In this document: positions 61,267-64,000 of the stretch, one piece after another
How positions within the stretch are numbered: the first letter of the stretch is position 1
How the letters are laid out: every line of letters begins with the position of its first letter
Assembly: GCA_034780895.1 (NCBI GenBank)
Contig: JAUZTB010000027.1
Coordinates: forward strand, 38,293,631-38,357,630
Length of the DNA: 64,000 nt
Direction of reading: 5' to 3'
From: Rhynchobatus australiae
Lineage: Eukaryota
The notes under the pieces: generated by a model
The model's input: only the letters and a program-made list of their open reading frames with translations
Told to the model about the DNA's origin: nothing
The model's database searches: none
Made by a program: the position numbers and the translations under genes

Positions 61267-64000
61267 NNNNNNNNNNNNNNNNNNNNNNNNNNNNNNNNNN
61301 NNNNNNNNNNNNNNNNNNNNNNNNNNNNNNNNNNNNNNNNNNNNNNNNNNNNNNNNNNNNNNNNNNNNNNNNNNNNNNNNNNNNNNNNNNNNNNNNNNNN
61401 NNNNNNNNNNNNNNNNNNNNNNNNNNNNNNNNNNNNNNNNNNNNNNNNNNNNNNNNNNNNNNNNNNNNNNNNNNNNNNNNNNNNNNNNNNNNNNNNNNNN
61501 NNNNNNNNNNNNNNNNNNNNNNNNNNNNNNNNNNNNNNNNNNNNNNNNNNNNNNNNNNNNNNNNNNNNNNNNNNNNNNNNNNNNNNNNNNNNNNNNNNNN
61601 NNNNNNNNNNNNNNNNNNNNNNNNNNNNNNNNNNNNNNNNNNNNNNNNNNNNNNNNNNNNNNTTGAAGGGAAGAAGCCCTTGAACCTGGTGGTGTGGGGC
61701 TTCAGACTTCTGTACCTCCTGCCTAGGATCCCAACTTAGCTACCCCTTTACTACTTTACTGTCTACATAAACTTTCCCATTCCATTTAAAAATTTGAAAC
61801 CTGGAAATAAGCTATCCTCAGTGCTGTCAATACTGCCTGTTGTTGACTTAAAAACACATTGACAACAAACACAAAGCTTTCAAACTCAAAGGAAGTGTAC
61901 AGTGTTATACCTGTGACACCACAATCTATGGTTTAGTAGAGCTAAACTATTTTATTTATCAATACTTGCACTGGTATTTATAACCTCTCCAGGGTTATGA
62001 ATACTATTTAGCATCTGTATCATGAATTTTAGGTCAGGACTCTATTAATGCAGTATCATTCTCTTTCTTGCATTGCTTCTATCATCTGTCGATTCCTTCG
62101 ATCATTAGGTAGATCAAATTAAATAAAAATCAAATTAAATAAAACTTTTTTTAAAAATCGAGACTCTTGGATACCAAATTCGGTAATTCATTCCCTGAAT
62201 TGTTTGCTTCTCTTTACATAACCATGGAGATTTGGATTGATTTTTTTCTCGGATTCTTCTATTACTTCCTGCAGCCTCAACCCATTAATATTTCATATTC
62301 ACCAGCTGCCTTATTTCCGTGGGTGATTTTACACAGGGAACATCAGCTAATCCAGCTCTGCCTAAACAAGCAGTGCCCGAAGACGCTCATTTTCATTGTA
62401 TTCTGGATTTGTGAACATTGACTCGTTTTCAAAAGCCGTGCCCTTCATGAACTCTGCCGTTTGGTTGTACCACGAAACAATGATGTTAAACTGTGTCATG
62501 TGTGTCAGGCACAGTTGATTTACTCTGTACATCTGAATCACATTGTGAATATACTCCATTAAAATGTAGTCACCTAACACTGGATTTCCTGACAATCTGT
62601 TCTCGGATAAAACGTATTTAATTTTTTGTATATTATGAACAGGATCACAAAATAAAGGAGTCGGAGTAGGTCATTTGGTCTTTCAGGCTCTTTGTGCTAA
62701 TCAATACGATCATGACTGATTTTTTTTTTCTCACATTCTCCATATTTCTTGATTCTCNNNNNNNNNNAGTAACCCCTCAACAATTGTATCACAGTACTCT
62801 GGGGTACAGATTCACAGTCCTCTGATTGATGAAACATTTCCTTATTTCATTAATAAATGGTGTCCCTCTCCTGAAGAACCAAGTGCTGAGTCACAAAGGT
62901 CAAGGATGGAATGATAAATTTGCACATAAGATTGGCTGGTCCACAAAGTACCGTGTCTATCCAGTTGAGAAAGAACATTGACATCAAACTGAAGATTTGG
63001 CATATTTTTGCCATAGTGACTTTAATTATATGCAGAGATTCCCCATAATTAAGACAATGAGAAGATTGTAAAATACTGAATGGGTTTGACTGGAGTGAAT
63101 AAGGAAATACTTCTTGCTTTGATTGTTAAGTCAATAATGAGGGACTACCAACATAACTTAAAATGAAGTGNNNNNNNNNNNNNNNNNNNNNNNNNNNNNN
63201 NNNNNNNNNNNNNNNNNNNNNNNNNNNNNNNNNNNNNNNNNNNNNNNNNNNNNNNNNNNNNNNNNNNNNAAATGAAAGATACAAGGTAATAGAAAGGAAA
63301 TGGAGAAATCCCATTAATTCTAAATGGTTCTGGAGAAAAGTAGCTATTGGTTCTGCTTCATCCCACTTGGAGAAGAGGGAATTAATGTTCGTGAGATGAA
63401 TGCCGATATCTATGCTGCTCTGAGGAGGTGGTATCAAAATCTATTACTATTGGAAGCACACATATTCCTGTTCTTTCGACATTTGATCTTCTTGATAACT
63501 GAGCTGAACACAGAAACTCTGAAATTTGCATAGTAAAAGTTATTAATGTTGCTGTTTCCCTTCAACGCACAGTGAGCAGCATTCATTAGCTATTGACCTT
63601 CACCATGGCATTTGACAATGGTAATCCTTCACCACCCTTTCCTTATCTTTGTGAAATTGTATGGATAATTGGCCTGCCTCCTTCTTGGTCTTTGACGGCT
63701 GAAATCGTTTTGGTAAATTGGACAAATATAAACAATGCCTAAACTATATGCACAATATTAAGGCCTATTAACAATTTCTATTAAGGTCTATTAACCATTC
63801 TGTTATTGCTTTTCCTCTGTATTACCTTGATGTGCTGATGTGATGAAATGATCTGTATGGATGACGTGCAAAACTAAGTTTTTCACTGTACCTTGGTACA
63901 TATGACAATAAAAACCAACTTACCAATTTGTTCAATAGGAAGGGAAAAAGTGCATTGTAGTTCAAGATGACACTGTTAACACAAGGAAAATGATATGAGT

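Noticed and set aside
48000-64000. PSKH1 or another coding gene expected downstream from synteny
   Set aside because: I recognised no kinase motifs or credible spliced exons in the sequenced portion; content inside gaps cannot be excluded.
1-64000. CRISPR arrays, operons or other prokaryotic systems
   Set aside because: The sequence is intron-containing vertebrate DNA and I saw no regularly spaced repeat-spacer array.

Overview
Vertebrate genomic DNA from a gappy scaffold. The repeat content (HE1/V-SINE, DeuSINE-like SINEs, CR1/HER1 LINE tails) points to a cartilaginous fish (shark or ray). The window holds the last six coding exons of EDC4 (+, 2557-15635, all GT-AG and phase-consistent). 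Downstream lies a CpG-island promoter and a neuritin-like gene NRN1L (+) that the ORF track misses: exon 1 at 22965-23019, last exon at 47628-47907, and a middle exon probably hidden in the N gap at 43369-43741. The rest is intronic or intergenic sequence with decayed LINEs (Rex/Babar-like, CR1-like), SINEs and a candidate Tc1/mariner-type MITE. The most notable non-genic signal is a family of short repeats concentrated in NRN1L introns. They carry minimal type-I hammerhead-ribozyme motifs (CTGANGA-stem II-GAAA-NNTH) of the kind found in Penelope-like element pseudo-LTRs. They occur in both orientations and as fold-back pairs. No prokaryotic features are present.
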